From the IMG/VR virus record IMGVR_UViG_3300005805_000054, positions 1 to 31,427 of that record: a stretch of 31,427 bases of DNA. One strand, 5' to 3'. How positions within the stretch are numbered: position 1 is the stretch's first letter; each line of letters opens with the position of its first letter. Below the pieces are notes generated by a model, which worked only from the letters and a program-made list of their open reading frames with translations, made no database searches and was not told where the DNA came from. Made by a program: the position numbers and the translations under genes. Shown here piece by piece: positions 1 to 9,802 of this stretch. The stretch is from a virus. Lineage: Duplodnaviria > Heunggongvirae > Uroviricota > Caudoviricetes.

Positions 1-2
1 GT

Positions 3-65
3 GATATACTACTGATATCGGATGAGCCGATGGAAGATGAAACAATGAGTGATAAGGTATATTAA
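3..65 (+). CDS. 3' end of a gene truncated by the window edge (...DILLISDEPMEDETMSDKVY*), possibly a GroES-like co-chaperonin
   Basis: Open frame from base 3 to TAA at 63-65, overlapping the next ATG (TAATG). The GroES guess rests only on the DILLISDE-like tail. Confidence 0.3.
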   Translation, partial: DILLISDEPMEDETMSDKVY

Positions 66-364
66 TGATAAACTGGTTACGAACAAAATTACATAACTTT
101 ATATTCCCACAAGATACTAATGAATTAGTTGAAACTAAAACTGATAGAGCCTCACGTGGTCTTATTAGCAGAGGATCACAACTTGATAGTAGAAATGGAA
201 TGAGTTTTACAATTCATCAAGCTAATGGTGGATATGTTATGGAGTATTCATCATATGATGAGAAAACTGACAGGAACAGTCACAATTTGCACATCATTAC
301 TAGTGAACAAGATTTAGGTCAAGGTATCGCACATATTATCACACTGGAACTTTTGCGTAAATGA
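65..364 (+). CDS. Hypothetical phage protein, 99 aa
   Basis: ORF track; start coupled to the upstream stop. Confidence 0.7.
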   Translation: MINWLRTKLHNFIFPQDTNELVETKTDRASRGLISRGSQLDSRNGMSFTIHQANGGYVMEYSSYDEKTDRNSHNLHIITSEQDLGQGIAHIITLELLRK

Positions 365-430
365 TAAATAAGAGTGTAGTTCACGGAACGGGAATTCCCA
401 ACTACTCTAATGCTATGGAGAGCAATCAGC
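363..430 (+). promoter_or_regulatory. GATAAATA motif plus conserved stem-loop leader, copy 1, upstream of the GIY-YIG-like gene
   Basis: gataaata-ag-agt-GTAGTT-cac-GGAA-cgggaa-TTCC-c-AACTAC-tct-aatgctatggagagcaatcagc-ATG; aligns with the copies at 9531-9600 and 10849-10915. Confidence 0.8.
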
Positions 431-1042
431 ATGATTATTTATTCAAAATTAAATCCACCGACGGGTTTCTATGTATACGCATATCTAAGAGAAAACGGCA
501 CGCCTTACTATATTGGAAAGGGGTCTAATCAACGTGCTTGGCGGAAAAGAAAATGCGAAATTCGTCCTCCAAAAAACAAAGATAGAATTATGATATTAGA
601 ATCAAACTTAACAGACATTGGTGCATTGGCGCTTGAGCGTAGAATGATACGATGGTGGGGACGGAAAGATTTAAGTACCGGAATATTGCACAATAGAACT
701 GATGGCGGAGACGGAGCATCAGGGCAGATTCAGTCAATTGAAACTAGGATTAAACGAAGTCAAACAATGTTGAATCGGGTGCGTACATTAGAACATAGCC
801 TAAACATAAGTTTAGGTAAAAAAGGAATCCCTCAATCAGTTGAATCTAATTTGAAACGCAGTATAACCCAAAAAGGTCAAAAAAGAGACCCGAAAGCTAC
901 TCTTAAAATGAGTATTAGTCAAACTGGTAAAAACAAATCACCACATATAAGACTAACATGCCCCTATTGTTTAAAAGAAGGTGGTGCATCAGGGATGAAA
1001 CATTATCATTTTGAAAAGTGTAAATTTAAGGAAAATAAATGA
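431..1042 (+). CDS. Free-standing GIY-YIG-like homing endonuclease with C-terminal CCHC finger
   Basis: FYVYAYLR...PYYIGKG...R motif, NUMOD3-like QSxE.(R/N).KRS repeats and CPYC-x12-H-x3-C tail. Start placed at 431 by alignment of the leader. Confidence 0.8.
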   Translation: MIIYSKLNPPTGFYVYAYLRENGTPYYIGKGSNQRAWRKRKCEIRPPKNKDRIMILESNLTDIGALALERRMIRWWGRKDLSTGILHNRTDGGDGASGQIQSIETRIKRSQTMLNRVRTLEHSLNISLGKKGIPQSVESNLKRSITQKGQKRDPKATLKMSISQTGKNKSPHIRLTCPYCLKEGGASGMKHYHFEKCKFKENK

Positions 1043-1968
1043 AGAATACATTATGGGTTGAGGCCTACAGACCACAAACAATAGCAGACTATGTGTTTGT
1101 AGACGAACATCAAAAACAACAAGTAGAGAACTGGGTCAAAGAAGGTTCTATCCCTCACTTGTTATTCAGTGGTGAACCAGGCACAGGTAAGACTACTCTT
1201 GCTAAAGTATTGATTCACGAACTGGGTGTAGAAGAATATGATGTAATGGAAATCAATGCGTCACGTGAACGTGGTATTGATATCATGCGTGACCGTGTTA
1301 ACAGTTTCGCACAGACGATGCCTTTCGGTAAGTTTAAAGTCGTATTACTAGATGAAGCGGATTACGCAACACCCGACTTTCAAGCGGCATTGCGTGGTGA
1401 TATGGAAACATACCATGAGACTGTACGTTTCATTTTAACTTGTAACTATCCGCATAAGATTATCCCTGCATTGCGTGAGAGTCGTTGTCACAAATTTCAT
1501 ATTGCTAAGCCAGATATGACAGAGTTCACCGCAAGAGCCGCTACAGTATTGGTGTCTGAAGGTGTAGAATTTGATTTAGATGTATTAGATAACTATGTAC
1601 GTGGGTGCTATCCTGACTTGCGTAAGATGTTGAATCAATTGCAAGTTAACAGTATTGATGGTAAACTACGGCAGGTTGATAAGAATGATACCACTGAAGA
1701 TGCATTACTAATTGAAGCAACACAGTTGTTTAAAGCAGGTAAAGTATTAGAAGCAAGACAGCAACTAATGCAGTATATTGCTCTATATCCTACACGCATT
1801 GAAGATTGTTATCGTTGGGCATATGATAATGTTGATCTTTGGGGAAAATCACATGCTCAGAAAGATGCTGCCATCATTGTAATTCGTAATGGTCTAGCAA
1901 ATCTGCCACTAGTTGGTATACAGGAGATATCTTTGGCAGCTACACTTGCAGAGTTGACGGCCTTATAA
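1039..1968 (+). CDS. Clamp loader AAA+ subunit (T4 gp44/RFC-small-like)
   Basis: W.E.YRP N-terminus, Walker [10 protein letters not shown], Walker B LLDEAD, SRC motif. Confidence 0.92.
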   Translation: MKNTLWVEAYRPQTIADYVFVDEHQKQQVENWVKEGSIPHLLFSGEPGTGKTTLAKVLIHELGVEEYDVMEINASRERGIDIMRDRVNSFAQTMPFGKFKVVLLDEADYATPDFQAALRGDMETYHETVRFILTCNYPHKIIPALRESRCHKFHIAKPDMTEFTARAATVLVSEGVEFDLDVLDNYVRGCYPDLRKMLNQLQVNSIDGKLRQVDKNDTTEDALLIEATQLFKAGKVLEARQQLMQYIALYPTRIEDCYRWAYDNVDLWGKSHAQKDAAIIVIRNGLANLPLVGIQEISLAATLAELTAL

Positions 1969-2007
1969 TAAGCCAGTTCTTAAATTTATCATTCAAGGAG
2001 ATATATT

Positions 2008-2280
2008 ATCCGTTATTTATTAATTACTTTTGTACGTAAGCCCGGTGGACAAATTGATGAGTTAGTTGCTGTAGGTAAAAGAATTAAGCCTGCAGATTTA
2101 CAAACATGCAATGTAATTATTGACTATGCCGCTAAAAAAGTTCAAAAATGTGTAATCGAGGGCAAAGTTGTTGACACTGACTTTGAACGCATGGATGCAT
2201 ACTATAAACAAGTATATCCTAATCTAATTGCACAATTAGAAAAAGAAGCAACTATCACACAAAACGAAAAAGGGGCTTAA
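2008..2280 (+). CDS. Probable 90-aa protein with a non-canonical (ATC) start, absent from the ORF track
   Basis: AAGGAG at 1995-2000, then ATC CGT TAT TTA..., open to TAA at 2278-2280 (IRYLLITFVRKPGGQIDE...EKGA*). Confidence 0.6.
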   Translation: MRYLLITFVRKPGGQIDELVAVGKRIKPADLQTCNVIIDYAAKKVQKCVIEGKVVDTDFERMDAYYKQVYPNLIAQLEKEATITQNEKGA

Positions 2281-2290
2281 GCCCCTTTTT
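2267..2290. terminator. Bidirectional intrinsic terminator
   Basis: Perfect palindrome AAAAAGGGGCTTAAGCCCCTTTTT between convergent genes. Confidence 0.85.
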
Positions 2291-2291
2291 C

Positions 2292-3077
2292 TTATGAATA
2301 CATCTTGAGGATGTGTTCGATAATTTTGTGACGTTGTATGTCACGCATATCAAACTTGCAAGACGCTAAACCTGGAATCACCCCCTTTCCACTATCTAGC
2401 TTACTTAGTAAGTCTAGGAGCCCATTCTCAGGCGTGCGTCTATCTGTCTGTTCTACATCACCAGTGATGACAATCTTGCTACCGATACCGATACGTGTCA
2501 TAATCATTTTTAACTGGCTTGGGGTGGCATTTTGAGCCTCATCAAGTACAACCCAACTGTTCTTAAAATTGCGACCTCTACAGAACGCTAGTGGAGCTAT
2601 CTCTACTATTTGTTCTTCTAGCATATCGGCAATTTCTTTAGTTGAGTAATACTCCCGTAATACATCTAACAATGGTCTAGTCCAGGGTTCCATCTTTTGA
2701 TTGATATCTCCTGGTAAAAACCCGTGCTTTTCGTCATCAACACCTACTGCGGGTCTGGATAGAATGATCCTATCACAGTCTCCGTTTCTCATTGCTTTGA
2801 TAGCGGCTTGCATAGCAAGATACGTTTTCCCTGTCCCTGCAGGTCCCGAAACCACGACTATATCTGTCTTATCATCAAGTAATGAAAGTATGTATTTTTC
2901 TTGATTAATGGATTTGGGGATGAGTTCTACGGGTTTGCGTACTCTTTGCTTCTGAGTTGCTTGTGTGAAGTCGATTGTTTTTGATTCTTTCGTATAGAAT
3001 GTATTACCATCTGTCTTTTTACTGTGTGAAAATCGTGTGTCTGTTGTACGTAATGCGCTAGTTTTTCGTTTGCTCAA
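2292..3077 (-). CDS. phoH: PhoH-family ATPase
   Basis: GPAGTGKT, RPAV, GFLPG, RGRNF, LDEAQN, TRIG and GDVEQTD motifs. Probable TTG start at 3077 behind AAAGGAG. Confidence 0.93.
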   Translation of the reverse strand: MSKRKTSALRTTDTRFSHSKKTDGNTFYTKESKTIDFTQATQKQRVRKPVELIPKSINQEKYILSLLDDKTDIVVVSGPAGTGKTYLAMQAAIKAMRNGDCDRIILSRPAVGVDDEKHGFLPGDINQKMEPWTRPLLDVLREYYSTKEIADMLEEQIVEIAPLAFCRGRNFKNSWVVLDEAQNATPSQLKMIMTRIGIGSKIVITGDVEQTDRRTPENGLLDLLSKLDSGKGVIPGLASCKFDMRDIQRHKIIEHILKMYS

Positions 3078-3253
3078 GTTAGTTCTCCTTTGTAGAGCGA
3101 AAGTTTTTGAGTTCTCATAACACTCATCTTTATTTAAGGTCAATTGTTGTACATATAGTAGCATACTTTTAACACAAATATAAATGATAAATATTAGGCT
3201 AACTCCTTGTTATTTCAAAAGTTGTATTCATTCAATAAAAGATAAATACTACT

Positions 3254-3865
3254 ATGATTAAAACCGCCGATAAATTCTTTGACGATGTTGATTACGTCAG
3301 CATTATTAGCACTGTAAAGGGCATCTTTACAAGTGATGGATCTATGGCCGTTCTATTAGATTACGAACGAGTCCTAGATGAGGCAGACCTGTATGCATTC
3401 CGTAATTGGGAATTGGGTGAGTTAGTTCAAGGGCCTGTTGTAAAACGCTATAGTGTAGGTTGCATGTTTATGTGGCCATACAAACTAATGCCTGACCCAA
3501 GAGCCGCAAAACGCTTAATACATTTAGGTTGCTCTATCAAGTGGAAAAAGACTAAGATTCGTGTTCCCGTTGAAGTAGATGATTATGATGACTTTGACCC
3601 CGGAACACGCTATCCAAAGATGAAAGAAAAACCTATTTGGCTAGTCTATATTGAGATGCCTAAAGAAATCATGGACGATATCCGTGAAGGTTCTATTGAC
3701 TTAGCAGGACAGAACATTGACTTGAACGACTTAGATGACGCATATGATGACGATATGGATTCAGAAGATAGCGATGGTACTGAAGATGGCGGTCAGAATG
3801 AACAACAAGAACCAGGCATGGCCGGCAATATCGGTGGCATGGATCAAACACAACCGGCAATATAA
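3254..3865 (+). CDS. Hypothetical protein with acidic C-terminal tail
   Basis: ORF track; GATAAATA at 3241-3248 immediately upstream. Confidence 0.75.
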   Translation: MIKTADKFFDDVDYVSIISTVKGIFTSDGSMAVLLDYERVLDEADLYAFRNWELGELVQGPVVKRYSVGCMFMWPYKLMPDPRAAKRLIHLGCSIKWKKTKIRVPVEVDDYDDFDPGTRYPKMKEKPIWLVYIEMPKEIMDDIREGSIDLAGQNIDLNDLDDAYDDDMDSEDSDGTEDGGQNEQQEPGMAGNIGGMDQTQPAI

Positions 3866-3867
3866 TT

Positions 3868-4419
3868 ATGAGTAAAATACTTAAGGAAGGCTTAGACTAT
3901 CACGACCTAGAAGGTATTGTTACTCCTAGAGTAACTATAGATGAGTATGCCGCACAGATGGGCAAAGATAGCGAAATCGTTACACTAGCTTTTATTGTTA
4001 AAAACAAACAAGCAGGTGAAGATTTAAGTGATTGGTTCGAACGTGGATATGATTTCGTATTAGATGCACAAGTCAGTGACGGTGAATTAACTTTAGGTAC
4101 ATACTTGGTGTTTGTTGAGATGAATCGTAGAACTACAGTACCTGAAAGAATTATTACACTATTAGATGACTTAGAAACATTAACTGATATTCCATTAAAA
4201 GACTGGACAGTTGTAGTTGATGATGAAGAATATGAACCGGCCGCTGAGGTGTTGGAACAAGTTATTACAATTTCACCTCATCAATACCGTGAGGAAGTTG
4301 AGCCTGATGAAGAAGAATTAAATGAAATGCGTGAACGTGCTGGATTAGACGTTAAGGTGCTTCATGCTGACAAACAAGATGCTGATATTAAAGCATTTAA
4401 AGCAATGGCAGGACTATAA
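3868..4419 (+). CDS. Hypothetical acidic protein
   Basis: ORF track; tightly packed in an operon. Confidence 0.75.
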   Translation: MSKILKEGLDYHDLEGIVTPRVTIDEYAAQMGKDSEIVTLAFIVKNKQAGEDLSDWFERGYDFVLDAQVSDGELTLGTYLVFVEMNRRTTVPERIITLLDDLETLTDIPLKDWTVVVDDEEYEPAAEVLEQVITISPHQYREEVEPDEEELNEMRERAGLDVKVLHADKQDADIKAFKAMAGL

Positions 4420-4422
4420 GAT

Positions 4423-5031
4423 ATGGCAACAATATTACCTAAGAAGGCTGGCTACGAACAGCCCATGGCACTAGATGACGAACATCATGACGCATTGGCA
4501 TCAGACCCAACAATACAACAATTCCCTCAAGGCAGCAGTTATGGTACAAACACATCATTTAGCGGGGCTCCAGCATTTGGCGCACCTTCGTCAGGAGGCT
4601 TCGGTTCATCCGGTTCGTTTGGTTCATCAGGATCGTTCTCAAGCCCAAGCTTCAATCAACAATCAAGTTCAGGGTTTGGAAGTACACAAAACATTAACCA
4701 ATCAACTGGAAGTCAACCAGTTCTCACAGGTGCCGCACCTACAAATGCTGCCAGTGGAGCAGATGTACTAGTAGCTAACGACAATACAGATTGGATCAAT
4801 AAAAAATGGCGTCCAGTTATGGGTTGGATCTATATGCTAACTTGTACTATGGACTTTGTTGTGTTTCCGATACTATGGTCATTGTTACAAGCAATGAGTA
4901 AAGGTAGTGTTACAATGCAATGGCAACCATTGACGTTACAAGGTGCTGGTCTTTATCACATCGCTATGGGTGCTGTTCTTGGTATTGCTGCATATGGTCG
5001 TACAAAAGAAAAGATTGAGGGTAAATCTTAA
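4423..5031 (+). CDS. Membrane protein with Gly/Ser-rich N-terminus; resembles 3TM holin-like proteins
   Basis: Hydrophobic segments WRPVMGWIYMLTCTMDFVVFPILW and GAGLYHIAMGAVLGIAAYGRT. Confidence 0.5.
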   Translation: MATILPKKAGYEQPMALDDEHHDALASDPTIQQFPQGSSYGTNTSFSGAPAFGAPSSGGFGSSGSFGSSGSFSSPSFNQQSSSGFGSTQNINQSTGSQPVLTGAAPTNAASGADVLVANDNTDWINKKWRPVMGWIYMLTCTMDFVVFPILWSLLQAMSKGSVTMQWQPLTLQGAGLYHIAMGAVLGIAAYGRTKEKIEGKS

Positions 5032-5032
5032 T

Positions 5033-5061
5033 TTGACTACTAACACATAAGGTGTTATACT
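5033..5061 (+). promoter_or_regulatory. Sigma70-type promoter for dnaJ
   Basis: TTGACT-17 bp-TATACT; ATG 6 nt after the -10 box, no Shine-Dalgarno. Confidence 0.7.
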
Positions 5062-5067
5062 ATTCAG

Positions 5068-5874
5068 ATGGATCATTATCAAACGTTGGGTGTAGCTAAA
5101 AATGCTACTCCTGACGAAATCAAAAAATCATATAGAAAACTAGCAAGTCAGCATCATCCTGATAAGGGCGGAGACACTGCTACGTTCCAAAAGCTTGAAG
5201 AAGCATATCGCATTCTTTCAGATCCAACTCAACGACAACAATATGATAGACCCGTGCCACAAGGTAATCCCTTTGCAGGATTTCAACAAGCACCGGGTGG
5301 GTTCAACTTTAACTTCAATGGTGATATAAATGATTTGTTTGGGCAGATGTTTAATCAACACAATCAACGCCAAGCAAATCAACCGCATGCCTTTAGAACA
5401 TCTATCAACATTACATTAGAACAAAGTTATACCGGTGGCTCACAGCCATTAAGATTGCAAACACCAAATGGTACACACGCAGTCAATATTGAAATACCCA
5501 AAAGCGTAACTGATGGTGGACAAATGCGTTATGAGAATCTTATACCCAACGCAAGTTTGATTGTAGAATTTAGAGTGGCACCTCACTTGAAGTTTGAGCG
5601 TAGAGGAATGGACTTATATTGTAACCAACAGATATCTGTGTTGGATTTGATTGTGGGTCAAGAATTTGAATTCACTACTATTTCGGGTAAAACATTAATG
5701 GTAAGAGTCCCTCCTAAAACACAACCATATATGCATCTTAAAATAGCAGGAGAAGGTATGCCCATTCCAAATTCTAGTATATTTGGAGACCAAATACTAT
5801 TGCTTAAACCATTCGTTCCTGCTACAATAGATGACGATATAACACAAAGTATTTTGCGTTCCAAATCAGAATAA
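5068..5874 (+). CDS. dnaJ: J-domain co-chaperone (DnaJ class B/CbpA-like)
   Basis: DHYQTLGV...HPDKGGD J-domain, G/F-rich linker, DnaJ C-terminal domain, no Cys-rich region. Confidence 0.9.
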   Translation: MDHYQTLGVAKNATPDEIKKSYRKLASQHHPDKGGDTATFQKLEEAYRILSDPTQRQQYDRPVPQGNPFAGFQQAPGGFNFNFNGDINDLFGQMFNQHNQRQANQPHAFRTSINITLEQSYTGGSQPLRLQTPNGTHAVNIEIPKSVTDGGQMRYENLIPNASLIVEFRVAPHLKFERRGMDLYCNQQISVLDLIVGQEFEFTTISGKTLMVRVPPKTQPYMHLKIAGEGMPIPNSSIFGDQILLLKPFVPATIDDDITQSILRSKSE

Positions 5875-5895
5875 ATATTTTTACAAAAGGAAACT

Positions 5896-8169
5896 ATGAC
5901 AAATTCACCAGAAATTGAAAGCATTATTGAACAAGCCATTGTTTATGCTAAAGAGCGCAAACACCAGTATTGCACAGTAGAACATCTATTACTTGCATTG
6001 GTTACGCATACTCCATTTAAGAAATGCTTAGACAGTTTTGGTGCCGATGCCGACTTGTTAATTCAAGAGGTAGGCGCATACTTAGATAGTCTACATGCTA
6101 TTGAAGCTAAAGGATTAACAGTAGAAGAAGTTCAACCTCGTAAAACAAACAGCCTTGAACGAACAATGAATCGTTCAGTAACACAAGTATTGTTTACTGG
6201 TCGTAGACAAGTTACAACTATTGACTTGTATCTTTCTATTGCAAGCGAAGGTAACAGTCACGCACATTACTTCCTGTTGAAGTACGGTGTCAATAAACAA
6301 GAGTTTGTCAATCACTGGCAAAAGACTTACAAGGGTGCTGAATTCACCACTAAGTTGAATGATGCACAAGCAGACGAAATCCTTGAAGAATACACAACCA
6401 ACTTAAGTGACTTGGCACGTCAAGGTAAACTAGAACCATTGATCGGTCGTACTAAAGAACTTGACGATATCATTAATGTTCTTGCTAAACGATTCAAAGC
6501 AAACGTATTGATGGTAGGTGATCCGGGTGTCGGTAAGACTGCAATTGCAGAGGGTCTTGCACAAATGATTGCTTTAGGTGATTGCCCTGAATTTATTCTT
6601 AACCATGATGTATATTCACTTGAAGTAGGTGCATTGCTTGCTGGTAGCAAGTATCGTGGTGACTTTGAAGAAAAGGTTAAACAAGTGTTAGAAGCACTAA
6701 ACACTAAGAAGAAAGCTGTTCTATTCATTGACGAAGCACACACTATGAGTGGTAGTGGTAACGGCAATGGTGGTAGTGTTGACTTTGCTAATATGATTAA
6801 GCCTGCGATTACTAAAGGTACATTGAAAGTTATCGCTAGTACTACTTGGGAAGAGTACTATGAGTCGTTTGAGAAGGATCGTGCTTTAATGCGTAGATTC
6901 TATCGTGTATCTATTGATGAACCAAATAAAGAAACAACTATTCGTATTCTGACTGGATTAAGTCAACGACTAAGCGACTTCCATAATGTAATGATTAACG
7001 AAGAAGCTATTACAGCCGCAGTAGAATCAGCCGATCGTTATATTCACGATAGAAAGAATCCAGACAAAAGTATTGACTTGCTTGATGCGGCTTGTGCTAA
7101 ACAACGAGTTGCAGACAACAAGGGAGCAGAAATTACTAAAGACTTGATCTTTGAACAAGTTGAAAGATTCACTGGAGTTCCTGCTGATAAACTCAACGGT
7201 GATAACATGGAACGCATTCAAACACTTGAAGTAAATGTCAAGAGTAAACTGTATGGTCAAGATGAAACAGTTGATAAGGTACTTGAACGCATCTATGTTA
7301 GTTTTGCGGGTATCGGTAGTGAGAGTAAACCTACAGCAAGTTTCTTGTTCTTAGGTCCAACAGGTACAGGTAAAACAGAATTGGCTAAGTTGTTGAGTAA
7401 GAACCTTGACATGCCATTGCTCAAGTATGATATGTCAGAATATAGCGAGAAGCATTCTGTATCAAGTTTGATTGGTCCTCCCCCCGGTTATGTTGGCTTT
7501 GGTGATAGTCAAGTCGGCGGTGGACGATTAGTTAATGACTTGAGCAAGAACCCACACAGTATCTTGTTGTTTGACGAAGTTGAGAAAGCACACCCTGATA
7601 TCTTTAACATCTTCTTGCAGATGTTAGATGAAGGTCGTATCACTGGTAGTAATGGTAAAGAAGTTAACTGTAAGAATTGTGTTATCATTCTAACTAGTAA
7701 CTTGGGCAGTGCTGATAGCGAACGAAACAATATCGGCTTTGGATCACAAGAGAAGATCGGCGAAGATGATAAGGCACTGAAGGAATTCTTTAAGCCAGAA
7801 TTTAGAAATCGTTTAGATTTAGTGTGTAAATTCAACAAACTTGATATGCTTGCAATTAAGAAGATTGTTGTTAAATTCTCCGATGAGTTGAAGAAACAAT
7901 TGATAGACAAGCACAATATTACATTGAACTTATCAGAACCTGTAGTTGAGTACTTAGCAGAACAGGGTTATGATAAGAAGATGGGTGCTAGACCGTTGGC
8001 CCGCAAGATTGACGAATTGATTCGTGTCCCTCTCAGTAAGAAAATCTTATTTGAGCGAATCAAAAACGCAACAGTGACCGCGGTAATGGGCGATGAGGGA
8101 ATTGACTATACAGTTGCTCAAAAAGCAACAGCAAAAGTTGGCGAAAATGGGATTATTGAAATTAGCTGA
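5896..8169 (+). CDS. clpA: ClpA-like Hsp100 AAA+ ATPase
   Basis: Clp N-domain (EHLLLAL), two Walker A motifs (GDPGVGKT, GPTGTGKT), FIDEAH and LFDEVEKAH, IGF ClpP-docking loop. Confidence 0.93.
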   Translation: MTNSPEIESIIEQAIVYAKERKHQYCTVEHLLLALVTHTPFKKCLDSFGADADLLIQEVGAYLDSLHAIEAKGLTVEEVQPRKTNSLERTMNRSVTQVLFTGRRQVTTIDLYLSIASEGNSHAHYFLLKYGVNKQEFVNHWQKTYKGAEFTTKLNDAQADEILEEYTTNLSDLARQGKLEPLIGRTKELDDIINVLAKRFKANVLMVGDPGVGKTAIAEGLAQMIALGDCPEFILNHDVYSLEVGALLAGSKYRGDFEEKVKQVLEALNTKKKAVLFIDEAHTMSGSGNGNGGSVDFANMIKPAITKGTLKVIASTTWEEYYESFEKDRALMRRFYRVSIDEPNKETTIRILTGLSQRLSDFHNVMINEEAITAAVESADRYIHDRKNPDKSIDLLDAACAKQRVADNKGAEITKDLIFEQVERFTGVPADKLNGDNMERIQTLEVNVKSKLYGQDETVDKVLERIYVSFAGIGSESKPTASFLFLGPTGTGKTELAKLLSKNLDMPLLKYDMSEYSEKHSVSSLIGPPPGYVGFGDSQVGGGRLVNDLSKNPHSILLFDEVEKAHPDIFNIFLQMLDEGRITGSNGKEVNCKNCVIILTSNLGSADSERNNIGFGSQEKIGEDDKALKEFFKPEFRNRLDLVCKFNKLDMLAIKKIVVKFSDELKKQLIDKHNITLNLSEPVVEYLAEQGYDKKMGARPLARKIDELIRVPLSKKILFERIKNATVTAVMGDEGIDYTVAQKATAKVGENGIIEIS

Positions 8170-8869
8170 TGACAATCCCGATATTGATTTTTATGATTAT
8201 CGGGACCAACATTACTATAACAAATACGAATACCGAGCTAGATTTGTTCTAGTGGGTGTTCGTTACACATGGTATATCAAAGATGATATCCAAGAACTAA
8301 TTGATAGATTAGATGCACCTGCAGTAGGATATAATCGTGTCGTAAATGACCGTGACAAAGTGCGTGGAAATTTACAGATATTAGCGTCATTTCTTAAGTG
8401 GCGCAATGAACTGAAAAAGAAGAAAAATTCTTCAATTAGAATTGAGCACAATACTGTAGGTGTATTCAGTAATGATTTGCAAGAGTTAAAAGACATTGTA
8501 AATTGTATTCCGGGTATTGAAGTAGACTACACTCAAGCACAAATTTCTAACTTTATCGGTATTAAACACTTTGTAAACAAACCTAAACATAAATTTAGAG
8601 TTTATTTAAAATCTAAGCGGGTTGAAAGTTCCTTTGCAGAAGAATTAGATTCATTATTTAAGAAGAACGAAAAATTATATCCATGTGACTCACTTAAAAT
8701 TTGGGTCAAAGGTAGCGTCGGCCAGCAAAATAGTTGGAGATTTCGATTCAGTAATGCCAATCACTTTATTGACTACGATGATGAAAGCACACTAAGCTAT
8801 CTAGCATTACTGTATGGAGATATGCTTGGAAAACGCTATAAATTAGAAAAACGCCCTGATCCTATCTAG
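8147..8869 (+). CDS. Hypothetical protein
   Basis: ORF track (8093); ATG at 8147 is the more likely start. Confidence 0.65.
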   Translation: MGLLKLADDNPDIDFYDYRDQHYYNKYEYRARFVLVGVRYTWYIKDDIQELIDRLDAPAVGYNRVVNDRDKVRGNLQILASFLKWRNELKKKKNSSIRIEHNTVGVFSNDLQELKDIVNCIPGIEVDYTQAQISNFIGIKHFVNKPKHKFRVYLKSKRVESSFAEELDSLFKKNEKLYPCDSLKIWVKGSVGQQNSWRFRFSNANHFIDYDDESTLSYLALLYGDMLGKRYKLEKRPDPI

Positions 8870-9530
8870 TCGGCTTCTTTTTACACTTATCACCATGTTC
8901 TCTACCAAACGTAGGTTTTCCTACTTCTTTTTTACAAAATACACAAGAAACTTTTATATTATGCGGGCTATTCGCACCCTTCAAATTATGAGTCCCATTT
9001 TTTGATCGTTCTATTGCCCTTTTTCTTGCGGCTTCTTTGTCTAAAAAATGATGAGTTCCTTTAGCTAATAATCTGTTAGCAGTTTCTCTTTGTATGCTTC
9101 CGCCAGTAAACGCATTTTTACCTTCTTTGGTTTGTTTGTACACTGGATTATTTTCACCAATAAAATGATGGGTACCATCAACTATTCTTTTTAAATTTTT
9201 TTCTCTTGCTAAGTCACTATTCTGCCAGTTATGTGTACCTTGCTCTGATCTTGCTAATGCACTTTTTCTGGCCAAATTAGAAAATTCTTCACCTGTCATG
9301 AATAATCTTTTTTGAGCAACCATAAGACCGCATGCTCCAAAGTCACCCCGTGAATAATGGATATCATAGTGTTCTTTAATGGTTACCGCCTTTAAATTCA
9401 ACGGATCATTATTACTATGATTACCGTCAATATGGTGAATTTCGTAACTACGGCCTTCGTCATCTTTAGGGATTGGACCATAATATTGTTCATAAATCTT
9501 ACGATGGTTGGGTTTATTATAAATAGTCAT
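8862..9530 (-). CDS. Free-standing HNH homing endonuclease with C-terminal CCHC finger
   Basis: YEIHHIDGNHSNNDPLNL...EHYDIH HNH motif; CVFC-x12-H-x3-C tail. Confidence 0.85.
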   Translation of the reverse strand: MTIYNKPNHRKIYEQYYGPIPKDDEGRSYEIHHIDGNHSNNDPLNLKAVTIKEHYDIHYSRGDFGACGLMVAQKRLFMTGEEFSNLARKSALARSEQGTHNWQNSDLAREKNLKRIVDGTHHFIGENNPVYKQTKEGKNAFTGGSIQRETANRLLAKGTHHFLDKEAARKRAIERSKNGTHNLKGANSPHNIKVSCVFCKKEVGKPTFGREHGDKCKKKPTR

Positions 9531-9600
9531 GCTGATTGCTCCTTGTTAGCATTAGAGAGGGTGGGTATTACTAGTACCGCGACTCTCACTTTTATTTATC
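9531..9600 (-). promoter_or_regulatory. GATAAATA motif plus conserved stem-loop leader, copy 2
   Basis: Reverse complement reads gataaata-aa-agt-GAGAGT-cgc-GGTA-ctagtaa-TACC-c-ACCCTC-tct-aatgctaacaaggagcaatcagc-ATG. Confidence 0.8.
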
Positions 9601-9634
9601 TAATTTGATAAATAGTATAATATAAGAGGTTAAT

Positions 9635-9802
9635 ATGGCTGCAATTAAAGAAACAACATTCATTATTAAATTAAGTGAATTAGTTAAAGAAAATTCTAAC
9701 ACGAGTAATAGCTCAGAATTTGATACTCTACCTAAAACAATAGAAGAAATAGTACAGGAGTTAGTTCCTAAACATGTAGTTGTTGAGGTTGTAAAAGCAT
9801 GA
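9635..9802 (+). CDS. Small hypothetical protein, 55 aa (below the ORF-track cutoff)
   Basis: AGAGGT Shine-Dalgarno, MAAIKETTFIIKLSELVK...VEVVKA*, stop overlaps the next start (ATGA), GATAAATA at 9607-9614. Confidence 0.7.
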   Translation: MAAIKETTFIIKLSELVKENSNTSNSSEFDTLPKTIEEIVQELVPKHVVVEVVKA

